A stretch of 64,000 nt of DNA from Mycoplasmatota bacterium (lineage in GTDB: Bacteria > Bacillota_I > Bacilli_A > MAG-NZ): positions 868,001-932,000 of the forward strand of contig CP074575.1 of NCBI GenBank assembly GCA_018394315.1, written 5' to 3'. A program made the translations under genes and the position numbers. Of the stretch, positions 28,167 to 36,936 are shown piece after piece (position 1 is the first letter of the stretch; each line of letters starts with the position of its first letter). The notes beneath the pieces were generated by a model, which saw nothing but the letters and a program-made list of their open reading frames with translations, did no database searches and was not told the DNA's origin.

Positions 28167-29354
28167 ATGCTTAGAAGCGAACAAAGGATATCAATTTTAT
28201 TAGGAATAATTTTATTTTTTTATTTTTATCCTTTTCTATTTCCTACAGTGGATGAGTCTTTAGCACCTATAAACTTATATATTATTCCGTCATTTTGGTT
28301 AGTGTTAACTATTTATGTAAGAAGTCTTAATAAGGTAACCTTTAAGGCCAAAAGAAGATTTATGAGCAATATAATCTTATGGGTTTTTATTACAGCTTTC
28401 ATATATTTATTAGTTTTTTTTGCTGCAGGAATTATGGATGGATTTGGAAAGAATCCCTATGATACTAGACCTATTGGAATAATTAAGAATGTATTTATAT
28501 ATGGTTCTGTTTTGATTTTAAAAGAATTTGTAAGACATTATTTAATTAACTCAACTCCTAAAAGGAAGATTATACTTTATGGTACGTTGATCGTATTGGT
28601 ATACAGTGTTATAGATGTTAATATGGTCCATTTCTTGAGTTTGAAAGTTACTGAGGATATTGTCTCTTTTGCCATATCTAAATTTATGGTAGTTATTGCA
28701 CTAAATATATTCTTAACTAATATCGCTTACTTATCTGGATATATCCCCTGTATTATCTTTGTATTCTTGCTCAAATTACCATTATGGACTTTAGAAGTTA
28801 TTCCAAATCTTACATGGCTTTCAACTGCTGTGATTGGGCTGATTATTCCTGTGCTAGGTTTAAGTATAATAAATGATAATTATAAAAAGTTATCTAAAAA
28901 AGTGAAAAAAATTCATTATAAGAAACAAAACTTATACGGATGGGTAATAACAGGATTTATATCGGTATGTATTGTATGGTTTGTAGTAGGAGTATTTCCG
29001 ATTGCCCCAACCGTTATAATTACTGGTAGCATGGAACCAGCTATATATCCGGGAGACGTCAGTATTATTAGAAAAATAAATAAGAGTGATGTTGTTGAAG
29101 GAGACGTTGTTCAGTACTGGACAGGAGACTACTTCATTATCCATAGAGTGATTGATATTTATGAAGAAAATGGAACTACGTATTACGTGACTAAGGGAGA
29201 TAATAACCCAAGTAAAGATAGTAAACCTGTAGAAATAGAACAAATAAAAGGTATACTAATGTACACTATTCCTAAGATAGGAAAACCGGCGTTATTGTTG
29301 AAGTCCAAGTCGGATGAGGATATTAATGAACAGATTATGACTTCAAATGATTGA
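28167..29354 (+). CDS. sipW: Signal peptidase I, SipW/SEC11-type, with multi-pass membrane N-domain
   Basis: Ser-His-Asp type motifs TGSMEP, IIHRV, TKGDNN..D, IPKIG; about 7-8 TM segments upstream. ORF track starts at 28122. Confidence 0.85.
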   Translation: MLRSEQRISILLGIILFFYFYPFLFPTVDESLAPINLYIIPSFWLVLTIYVRSLNKVTFKAKRRFMSNIILWVFITAFIYLLVFFAAGIMDGFGKNPYDTRPIGIIKNVFIYGSVLILKEFVRHYLINSTPKRKIILYGTLIVLVYSVIDVNMVHFLSLKVTEDIVSFAISKFMVVIALNIFLTNIAYLSGYIPCIIFVFLLKLPLWTLEVIPNLTWLSTAVIGLIIPVLGLSIINDNYKKLSKKVKKIHYKKQNLYGWVITGFISVCIVWFVVGVFPIAPTVIITGSMEPAIYPGDVSIIRKINKSDVVEGDVVQYWTGDYFIIHRVIDIYEENGTTYYVTKGDNNPSKDSKPVEIEQIKGILMYTIPKIGKPALLLKSKSDEDINEQIMTSND

Positions 29355-30390
29355 GAGTGAGGAAAATAAAATGATTCAATTAAGTAAGAAAAAGAAGGTT
29401 TCAGTGATAACAGTGTTGAGTTTATTGATTTTATTGTTTGGAATACTCTCCATTTTGAGATACTTTTCTCCAAAAGAGGTGGAAACTGAAGACAGTATTT
29501 ACGATTATAATTTTGAAGGTGCTTTGGATTATTATGTTTATTTAAAACCGAATACCATTTACGATAAACATTACTTAGAAAGTGATAGACTATATATATC
29601 AGAACTGACAGATTTTATAGATGTTAGATTCAATCTAAATTATAGCGCATTAGAAGATGCAGAAATCTCATACAATTACGTTATTTATCCATCCATAGAA
29701 TCAAGTACCGCTCAAAACTCAGATGATGATATTATATGGACAAAGAATTACGACAATGTATCTTCTGCACAGGAAAAATTTGTAGGCAATGAGTTCATCA
29801 TGAGTAATAATTATAAGTTATACTTAGATGATTATATTTCTTTTATTGATGAGGTCTATAAAGAACTAGATATAAATACTAGTAATAATCTTATTATAAA
29901 TTTTAAAGGTAATCTAATTATTGAATATGATGGAAAAATTAGTTCACAGGAGTTTAGCCAAAGGTTAGAAATTCCTTTAAAGCAAAAAATATATAAAATA
30001 ATTAGTGATGAGAATTTTGAAATAAGTGAATCAATTATTGAACTAAATATTGAAACAAGTAGAACAAATATAGTTGCTTTAGTCGTATTTATCTGCTCCA
30101 TAATCATGTTAATTTTATCTATAAAGTTTATTTCTATTAAAGAGCCTAAGACAGATAGAGAAATTACTATTAATAAAATATTCAATGAACATAGTGAAAG
30201 ACTTGTACAATTAGCTACTCTAACCTATGATATACCAAAGTTAATAGTTGTTGATGATTTCAAAGATTTACTTAAAATTGCTGATGAGATAACTCAACCC
30301 ATATTTTACTATATTAAGGATACGAATAATAATAAGATAATAGAATTCTTGGTATTCGATAACGAAAGAAGTTACAGTTTCATACTTTAA
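29347..30390 (+). CDS. DUF5305-like membrane protein (SipW-associated)
   Basis: N-terminal TM, YYVYLKPNTIY, second TM, and tail VDDFKDLLKIADEITQPI; overlaps the sipW stop. Confidence 0.7.
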   Translation: MIESEENKMIQLSKKKKVSVITVLSLLILLFGILSILRYFSPKEVETEDSIYDYNFEGALDYYVYLKPNTIYDKHYLESDRLYISELTDFIDVRFNLNYSALEDAEISYNYVIYPSIESSTAQNSDDDIIWTKNYDNVSSAQEKFVGNEFIMSNNYKLYLDDYISFIDEVYKELDINTSNNLIINFKGNLIIEYDGKISSQEFSQRLEIPLKQKIYKIISDENFEISESIIELNIETSRTNIVALVVFICSIIMLILSIKFISIKEPKTDREITINKIFNEHSERLVQLATLTYDIPKLIVVDDFKDLLKIADEITQPIFYYIKDTNNNKIIEFLVFDNERSYSFIL

Positions 30391-30432
30391 TTAAGATTGT
30401 AATAGATAATGATTAAAAACGGTTAACTAAGG

Positions 30433-30485
30433 AAAAAGAGCCTAAGGAAATGAAGTTGATTCATTTCTCTTAAGACTCTTTTTTA
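30433..30485. terminator. Bidirectional intrinsic terminator
   Basis: AAAAAGAG..GAAATGAA..TTCATTTC..CTCTTTTTT between convergent operons. Confidence 0.75.
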
Positions 30486-30507
30486 GTCTAAGTGCATTGT
30501 TTATAAA

Positions 30508-31176
30508 TTATGGATTTACATTAGGAGCATTAAATTGCTCATATTCAAGTACTACGTCAAACGAAAAACTCTTTTCTTGTGATGGATTTTCTGATTCGGG
30601 AAGTAAGTGAATCTTCAAAGCAAAATCAACACAATCTCCAACATCTAAAGGAACAGTTTCCAACATTCCTGGAGCATAGAAGTAATTATCATTATCACGA
30701 AGTGTCAATACACCAGGTAAGTTAGGTAATGGGTCATCAAAGAAATTCGGTAAGAAACGTATATAAGCTCCAAGTATCAAAGTGTCTAGTAGTTCATTTA
30801 CTTCAGCATCACTTAGATTGTAACCATCAACAGCAACATTAATCAGTCTAATATTTTTGAGTTTAGCTGGAATGGTACCGTTGTTCATGATGCAAGCGGA
30901 CGCATCTGCATATGCACCGGGATAAAGGTTATCAAAATGTACTTGTAATATCTTAGAATTACCAATGATCTCTGAAGTACCTGTATTATATATACCCCAT
31001 TGTGTATTATCTATGCATGGGTTAGGATTTGCACTATCGCATTCAAATATTACAGATAATTCACCTGTTTCAGCCATACCAGTAACAGTTAACGTATCAG
31101 TCCAGTATGCATAAGAAAATCCAGCAACCATTAATGATAGAACAAGTACTGAAAGTAATGTGTACGTCTTTTTCAT
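30508..31176 (-). CDS. SipW-dependent signal-peptide protein, TasA/CalY-like fibre subunit (222 aa)
   Basis: MKK-hydrophobic-GFSYA|YWTDTL.VTG..ETGEL; NLYPG, NNGTIPA; C-terminal F..VLEYEQFN. Confidence 0.8.
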   Translation of the reverse strand: MKKTYTLLSVLVLSLMVAGFSYAYWTDTLTVTGMAETGELSVIFECDSANPNPCIDNTQWGIYNTGTSEIIGNSKILQVHFDNLYPGAYADASACIMNNGTIPAKLKNIRLINVAVDGYNLSDAEVNELLDTLILGAYIRFLPNFFDDPLPNLPGVLTLRDNDNYFYAPGMLETVPLDVGDCVDFALKIHLLPESENPSQEKSFSFDVVLEYEQFNAPNVNP

Positions 31177-31240
31177 ATTCCCTCCTTATCACTCAGATAG
31201 AATAAGTTATTTTATAACCTATTAAATCTAAATAAGTTTA

Positions 31241-31282
31241 GAAAAATAATCGACTAAACTCAGTTAGTGATTAGTCGATTAT
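31241..31282 (-). terminator. Intergenic hairpin/terminator between the two TasA-like genes
   Basis: 12-bp inverted repeat ATAATCGACTAA...TTAGTCGATTAT, followed by a U-tract on the minus strand. Confidence 0.7.
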
Positions 31283-31305
31283 ATTCTTTTTCTAGTTAAA
31301 TAATT

Positions 31306-31815
31306 TTATGGATGTTCGTTAAATTGATCGTAATCTAGTACAAATGTTGCTGATACTGATTCATTTTGAGTTAAATTATCAGCAGCTTCATCGACCCATA
31401 TATGAATCATGAATGGAATCATCTCACCTACGTCTAAGGAATGAGGCAATGGCTGAACGTCAATATAAATATAGCTTTGTAAGTTAGGTGCTAATAAATA
31501 ATCAATAGTTTCTGAAATTTGACCACTTACAGCAGGAATAGTTCCTGTGTTTACGATCATTCCCTCATATAAGAAATGTGCTCCTGGATACAAATTGTCT
31601 AAAGTTAGTTCTATCAGATCATTTTGCTCATTAATCATATATGTATTATAAGGTGAATCAACTTCAACATAACCTGGAGGTGCAAATTCTACTCCGAACT
31701 CACCCGTTGTTGCTGTACCAGTTAAAGTTAAAGTATCAGTCCAGTACGCATACGAGAAACCTGCTGTCATTAATGACAGAACCATGATTGACAACAATAC
31801 ATAAATCTTTTTCAT
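31306..31815 (-). CDS. SipW-dependent signal-peptide protein, TasA/CalY-like fibre subunit (169 aa)
   Basis: MKK-hydrophobic-GFSYA|YWTDTL.LTG..TTGEF; NLYPG, NTGTIPA, ADNLTQ; SD AGGAGG; paralog of 30508-31176. Confidence 0.8.
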   Translation of the reverse strand: MKKIYVLLSIMVLSLMTAGFSYAYWTDTLTLTGTATTGEFGVEFAPPGYVEVDSPYNTYMINEQNDLIELTLDNLYPGAHFLYEGMIVNTGTIPAVSGQISETIDYLLAPNLQSYIYIDVQPLPHSLDVGEMIPFMIHIWVDEAADNLTQNESVSATFVLDYDQFNEHP

Positions 31816-32704
31816 ATTTCCTCCTAAAATTTTATTTATTTTGACTGTGACAACACAGTAAAAACCAAGAATATAAATCTAATTAGGGTAACTTGATGTT
31901 ATTTTGATTGAGTGTTGCTTAACATCTTTTTTTCATATTTTCATTTTTGTAGCTCTTGAGTTCATTTTTTCATTAAATTGTAATCACATTATATTTGGAC
32001 TTATTTAATTATTTGTCGCTTTAAGTCATTGCAAAAAAAATTATTAATTCAATATTTAATTAGTTGATTTCGTGCGTTCGTACTTTGTATAATCAAGAAT
32101 TATAAAATCTATTTGTGTCAATAGATAGGTAATTCTGGTGCAGTTTTACTTGGAAAGTATCTTATTCGATTATTTAATAAGATAATGTAATTTTTTAAGT
32201 TTTATTTAGGAAAATTAAATTTTATTTCTTAATATCATCCTTAATTAAAATTTACAAAAAAATTAAATTTTCCCAATGATTATATTCTCCTAGAAAATAT
32301 ATGTGTGAATTTCTATGAATATTCATAGTAACTAGAAAGAATAGTATTTGTATGGTAATTTGCTTCATAGTAGTTTTATTTCTTAGATTTCTTGAACATC
32401 TAATAGAGTGTAAGCATTTTGCTCTTATTTCCCGGTTTTATAAGTATATGTACCAAAATAGGTAAATATTAGGAGACACTCTTAGCAAATAATAAATATG
32501 AATAATTACTACGAAGTTATAGTCGATTGAATGTAAAAACTGTCAAATATCTAGATAATAGTGAGTATTTGATTGTTTCTTGTATAAATGTTTTTTCAGT
32601 TTAGAAAGTAATTCGAATAAGAATTCTAAAGATATTGAGTAATAATCGATTACTAAGATTGTAGTGAGTGTGAGCGATTAATCTAAGTGAAAAATGAAAT
32701 AGAA

Positions 32705-32801
32705 TTGACTTTTTGATATTTCGCTGTTATCATTTGTATAAGTTAATATGTTTTCAGAGTTTAGAGAGATAGTATTTTTTTGAAAACTATCTCTTATTTT
32801 T
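32705..32801 (+). promoter_or_regulatory. glpP promoter and GlpP-type antiterminated leader
   Basis: TTGACT-17-TATCAT; AAGTTAATAT..TTTTCAGAG..TAGAG overlaps the terminator AGAGATAGT...ACTATCTCT-TATTTTT. Confidence 0.65.
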
Positions 32802-32888
32802 ATTATTAATAGCGCTGGTATGGCGTGAATCATGAGTTTATCATATACATAAATGAGTGTAACTTTAAGTTTAAAGGAGGCGGAAGTT

Positions 32889-33422
32889 GTGAATCAAAGA
32901 ATAATACCCGCGATTACTTCAGTAAAGAAATTTGAAAAGTTTCTTGAGACCGATTATGAATACTGCGTTTTAATGAATTTACATATCTCACTACTAAAAA
33001 CTCTCGTTGAGAAAGCGCATGATAAAGGTAAGAAGTGTTTTTTACATCTTGATTTAATTAATGGGATCTCGAGTGATGAGTATGGTGTTGAGTATGCTGT
33101 TCAGCATATTAAGATAGATGGTATAGTATCTACAAGAAACTCTGTGATAAAAGCAGCTCAAAGGAAAAAAATAGTTTCTATTTACCGGATTTTCTTAATA
33201 GATAGTATGTCGTTAAACCGTAGTTTAGAAAAGCTAGCACAACTAAAGCCAGATTATGTTGAGTTACTTCCTGCGATTGCTTTTGATGTTATGTCTAGAG
33301 TGAAAAAAGAAACTGATATACCGATTATTGGTGGTGGATTAATTGCTTCAAGGGAAGATATAGATAGGTGTATAGCTAGTGGGATGATTGCTGTTACCAC
33401 TAGTAATCGAGTTTTATGGTAA
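32889..33422 (+). CDS. glpP: Glycerol-3-phosphate-responsive antiterminator
   Basis: IIPAI, HLDLINGI, DGIVSTR, RIFLIDS, PDYVELLP, PIIGGGLI, AVTTS..LW. SD AAGGAGG before GTG 32889. Confidence 0.93.
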   Translation: MNQRIIPAITSVKKFEKFLETDYEYCVLMNLHISLLKTLVEKAHDKGKKCFLHLDLINGISSDEYGVEYAVQHIKIDGIVSTRNSVIKAAQRKKIVSIYRIFLIDSMSLNRSLEKLAQLKPDYVELLPAIAFDVMSRVKKETDIPIIGGGLIASREDIDRCIASGMIAVTTSNRVLW

Positions 33423-33423
33423 A

Positions 33424-33488
33424 AAGTTAATATTTTTTTCAAGAGAGTAGAGTGAAAAGACTATTTTGTTAGTTTTTTTGCTCTTTTT
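33424..33488 (+). promoter_or_regulatory. Second GlpP-type leader/terminator
   Basis: AAGTTAATAT..TTTTCAAGAG..TAGAG followed by stem AGAGTGAAAAGACTA...TAGTTTTTTTGCTCT and a T-run. Confidence 0.6.
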
Positions 33489-33507
33489 AGATTAAAGGGG
33501 TGTTTTT

Positions 33508-34941
33508 ATGTATGATGTAATAATAATTGGGTCAGGAGTAATAGGAGCAACAATTGCTAGGGAATTATCAAAATATAATCTAAAAACTATTATTTTAGAA
33601 AAAGAATTTGATGTAGCTTTAGGAGCGACAATGGCTAATAGCGCTATAGTGCATTCGGGCCATGACCCTATTCCTGGGACACTTAAAGCTAAGTTTAATG
33701 TACTTGGAAACAGGATGTATAAAAAGATGTCAGAAGAATTAGATATTCCTTTTTTAGAGTGTGGAGGAATGGTAGTTGCGGTTGACGGTACTCAGATAGA
33801 AGAACTTAAGCAATTACATGATAGGGCATTAAAAAATGGGTTAAAAGATAATGAAATTAGGATTTTAAATCAAGGGGAAGTAAGGGATATGGAACCTAAT
33901 ATTTCCGATACTGTTAAAAAGGCTTTGTACTTACTTACAACAGCTGTTACTTTTCCATGGGAGGTAGCTATAGCGAATATTGAGAATGCTATGGATAACG
34001 GAGTGGAGTTATCCTTAGAAACAGAAGTTTTAGATATCAATAAGGATAAGAATTTTAAAGTTTCTACTACTAAGGGCGTATTTGAGTCTCGAGTTGTTAT
34101 TAACGCAGCCGGAATTTACGCAGATAAAGTATCAAATTTACTTGTTAAAAGTAATTATGAAATAAAGCCAAGAAGAGGAGAATATTTTGTTCTTGATAGT
34201 GATGTTAACTTAGTGAATAGTGTTATTTACCCTTTACCTACAGAAAAGGGCAAAGGTGTAATCGCGACTCCACAGTACCATGGCAATGTGTTACTAGGAC
34301 CAACTAGCGACTATGTTGATCTTGATGATAAAACTAAAACTAGTGAAGAAGGTATTAGTTATATAAGAGATGAGATATCTAAGACCATTAAGAATGTACC
34401 ATTTAATAAAGTTATTAGGTCTTTTGCGGGAAGTAGAGCTACTAGTACAAGAAATGATTTTATTATCGAAGAAACGGATGTAAAGGGATTTATTAATGTA
34501 GCAGGAATCGATTCTCCGGGATTAACTGCAGCACCTGCAATTAGTAAATATGTTACCGATTTAGTTGGTAAGAGAATTAAATTGACTAAGAAGAATGACT
34601 TTAACCCTGTTAGGAGAGTAACTAGAATTAATAAGTTGGATACTGAGGATTTAAATGAACTTGTTAAAAGAGATGATAGATTTGGCCATATTGTTTGTAG
34701 ATGCGAAAATATAACCGAAGGAGAAGTAATTGAATCAATCCACCGAAAATGTGGGGCAAGGAGCGTTGTTGGTGTGAAGATGAGAGTCCGTCCCGGATCT
34801 GGACGTTGTCAAGGTGGTTTTTGTCAACCCGAGGTGATCAAGATATTAGCTAAAGAATTAAAGATAGACCCAATGGATATAAATTATAATAAAAGTGGAT
34901 CTCAAATCTTGAATGAAAGTACTAAAGGAGAAGCAAAATGA
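33508..34941 (+). CDS. FAD-dependent glycerol-3-phosphate dehydrogenase/oxidase with BFD-like 2Fe-2S domain
   Basis: GSGVIG, ANSAIVHSG, GIDSPGLTAAPAI, C-terminal CRCE...GRCQGGFC; downstream of glpP. Confidence 0.88.
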   Translation: MYDVIIIGSGVIGATIARELSKYNLKTIILEKEFDVALGATMANSAIVHSGHDPIPGTLKAKFNVLGNRMYKKMSEELDIPFLECGGMVVAVDGTQIEELKQLHDRALKNGLKDNEIRILNQGEVRDMEPNISDTVKKALYLLTTAVTFPWEVAIANIENAMDNGVELSLETEVLDINKDKNFKVSTTKGVFESRVVINAAGIYADKVSNLLVKSNYEIKPRRGEYFVLDSDVNLVNSVIYPLPTEKGKGVIATPQYHGNVLLGPTSDYVDLDDKTKTSEEGISYIRDEISKTIKNVPFNKVIRSFAGSRATSTRNDFIIEETDVKGFINVAGIDSPGLTAAPAISKYVTDLVGKRIKLTKKNDFNPVRRVTRINKLDTEDLNELVKRDDRFGHIVCRCENITEGEVIESIHRKCGARSVVGVKMRVRPGSGRCQGGFCQPEVIKILAKELKIDPMDINYNKSGSQILNESTKGEAK

Positions 34942-36185
34942 AACAGTATGATTTAATAATAATTGGTGGTGGAAGCGCTGGATTGGCGGCTGCTATTGAG
35001 GCAAGGAAAAATGGTGTAGAGAGTATTTTATTATTAGAAAGAGATGCTGAATTAGGTGGGATTCTTCTTCAATGTATTCATAATGGATTTGGCTTGAAAG
35101 TATTTAAGGAAGAGTTAACCGGACCAGAGTATGCTGAAAGGTTTATAGAAGAGTTAAGAGGCATGAATATTGAATATAAACTTAACTCTATGGTTACTAC
35201 GTTAAAGCCTGATAAAACCATACAGTATGCTAATGCAAATGAGGGGTTTGTCATTGTTAAGGGAAAAGCTGTTATTTTAACAATGGGTTGTTATGAAAGA
35301 AGTGCCGGAGCGATAAATATACCAGGCAATAGACCAAGTGGCGTTCTAACAGCTGGTACTGCCCAAAAATACCTAAATATCGATGGATATTTAGTTGGTA
35401 AAAGAGTTTTTATTTTAGGAAGTGGAGATATAGGTTTAATAATGGCGAGAAGAATGTCTCTTGAAGGAGCAAAGGTATTGGGAGTAGCTGAAATATTACC
35501 ATATTCTAGTGGACTTCAGAGAAATATTGTTCAGTGTCTTGATGATTATAATATACCACTATATTTGAATCATACGGTGACTGAGATAATTGGTGAATCG
35601 AAATTATCTAAAGTGGTTATATCAAAAGTAGACGGATTTACTAAGATAAAAGGAACAGAAAAAGAGTTTGAAGTTGATACATTACTATTATCTGTGGGGT
35701 TGATTCCTGAAAATGGACTTAGTGAAAGTTGCGGAATAGAGTTAGACCCTAGAACGAAAGGCCCAATTGTAGATGAATCTTACCAAACAAGTGTTGAGGG
35801 TATATTTGCTTGTGGTAATGTTTTACATGTTCATGATTTAGTCGATTACGTAACTTCTGAAGCTAAAAAGGCTGGTTATAAGGCTGCCGAATATGTAAGG
35901 AAAAAATTAGTCAATGGCGAGAGTTTCAGGACTATTGCTGGAGAAGGAATTAGTTATGTTATTCCACAGATGATCAATAAAGATAATTTAGTAGATAATG
36001 TTGAATTATTTATGAGAGTAAGAAAAGTGTATAGAGATGCAAATATCATTATTAAAGGTGACAATAAAGTAATTAAGATAATTAAGAAGAAACATCTTGC
36101 TCCTGCGGAAATGGAAATAGTCAAATTAAAGGTTGATGACTTTAAAAATATTAGTAAAAACTTATCTATTGAGGTGGAGGTTTAA
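34938..36185 (+). CDS. FAD/NAD(P)-dependent oxidoreductase (G3PDH partner subunit)
   Basis: GGGSAG, GGILLQCIHNGFG, GSGDIGLIMARR, CGNVLHVHDLVD. Confidence 0.9.
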   Translation: MKQYDLIIIGGGSAGLAAAIEARKNGVESILLLERDAELGGILLQCIHNGFGLKVFKEELTGPEYAERFIEELRGMNIEYKLNSMVTTLKPDKTIQYANANEGFVIVKGKAVILTMGCYERSAGAINIPGNRPSGVLTAGTAQKYLNIDGYLVGKRVFILGSGDIGLIMARRMSLEGAKVLGVAEILPYSSGLQRNIVQCLDDYNIPLYLNHTVTEIIGESKLSKVVISKVDGFTKIKGTEKEFEVDTLLLSVGLIPENGLSESCGIELDPRTKGPIVDESYQTSVEGIFACGNVLHVHDLVDYVTSEAKKAGYKAAEYVRKKLVNGESFRTIAGEGISYVIPQMINKDNLVDNVELFMRVRKVYRDANIIIKGDNKVIKIIKKKHLAPAEMEIVKLKVDDFKNISKNLSIEVEV

Positions 36186-36533
36186 ATGAAAAAAGAATTG
36201 ATTTGCATTGCTTGTCCAATAGGATGCCATTTAGAAATCTATCCTGATGAAGATTACCGTGTTGAGGGGAATCAGTGCAAAAGAGGACTATATTACGGAA
36301 AAAAGGAACTTACTAATCCTACTAGAATAATTACAAGCACAGTAGCTATTGAAGGAGGTATTTATAGAAGGATTCCTGTTGTTACGAAAGGCGAAGTACC
36401 TAAAGATTTGATATTTGATGCAATGAAAATAATAAATAAGGTAAGAGTTATTTCTCCGATTAAAAGAGGAGATGTAATTGTGAAAAATATCTTAGATACC
36501 GGAGTAGATGTAGTAGCCTCTCGTTCAATGTGA
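36186..36533 (+). CDS. DUF1667 CxxC metal-binding protein (G3PDH third subunit)
   Basis: CIACPIGC..GNQCKRG..NPTRIITSTV. Confidence 0.88.
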   Translation: MKKELICIACPIGCHLEIYPDEDYRVEGNQCKRGLYYGKKELTNPTRIITSTVAIEGGIYRRIPVVTKGEVPKDLIFDAMKIINKVRVISPIKRGDVIVKNILDTGVDVVASRSM

Positions 36534-36651
36534 TCCTATTTTTGTTAAAGATTCAGGAAAAAAAGATTAATTTGTATACTATTGGTAGATATGATATTAT
36601 TAATTGTATTATATTCGAAGAATACATATTTTAATCTGGGGGGATTTAAAA

Positions 36652-36936
36652 ATGGGACACGGACCAGCTACAAAGTGGGAGGAAGACAAGTCTTCTGACT
36701 ATAAAGCTCGTTTAGGTATTTGGATGTTTTTTGGATATATCATTATTTATGGTGGGTTTATGCTAATAAATGTGATTAATCCAAAGTTAATGGGTTTGGA
36801 TATAGGTAGTCTAAATTTAGCAGTTGTTTATGGTTTTGGATTAATTGTCTTTGCTTTAATACTTGCTATAATTTATAACAACTTATGTTCAAGAGCAGAG
36901 AAAAAGTTAAATGAAACAAAGGAGAGTGATGAATAA
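36652..36936 (+). CDS. DUF485 small membrane protein (ActP partner)
   Basis: 2 TM segments, NLAVVYGFGLI; coupled to actP. ORF track starts at 36604. Confidence 0.82.
   Translation: MGHGPATKWEEDKSSDYKARLGIWMFFGYIIIYGGFMLINVINPKLMGLDIGSLNLAVVYGFGLIVFALILAIIYNNLCSRAEKKLNETKESDE

Noticed and set aside
26855..32704. c-di-GMP riboswitch upstream of HD-GYP, sipW or fibre genes
   Set aside because: No GGCAAA..GAAA..GACGCAAA-type core found by eye on either strand; an Infernal scan would be decisive.
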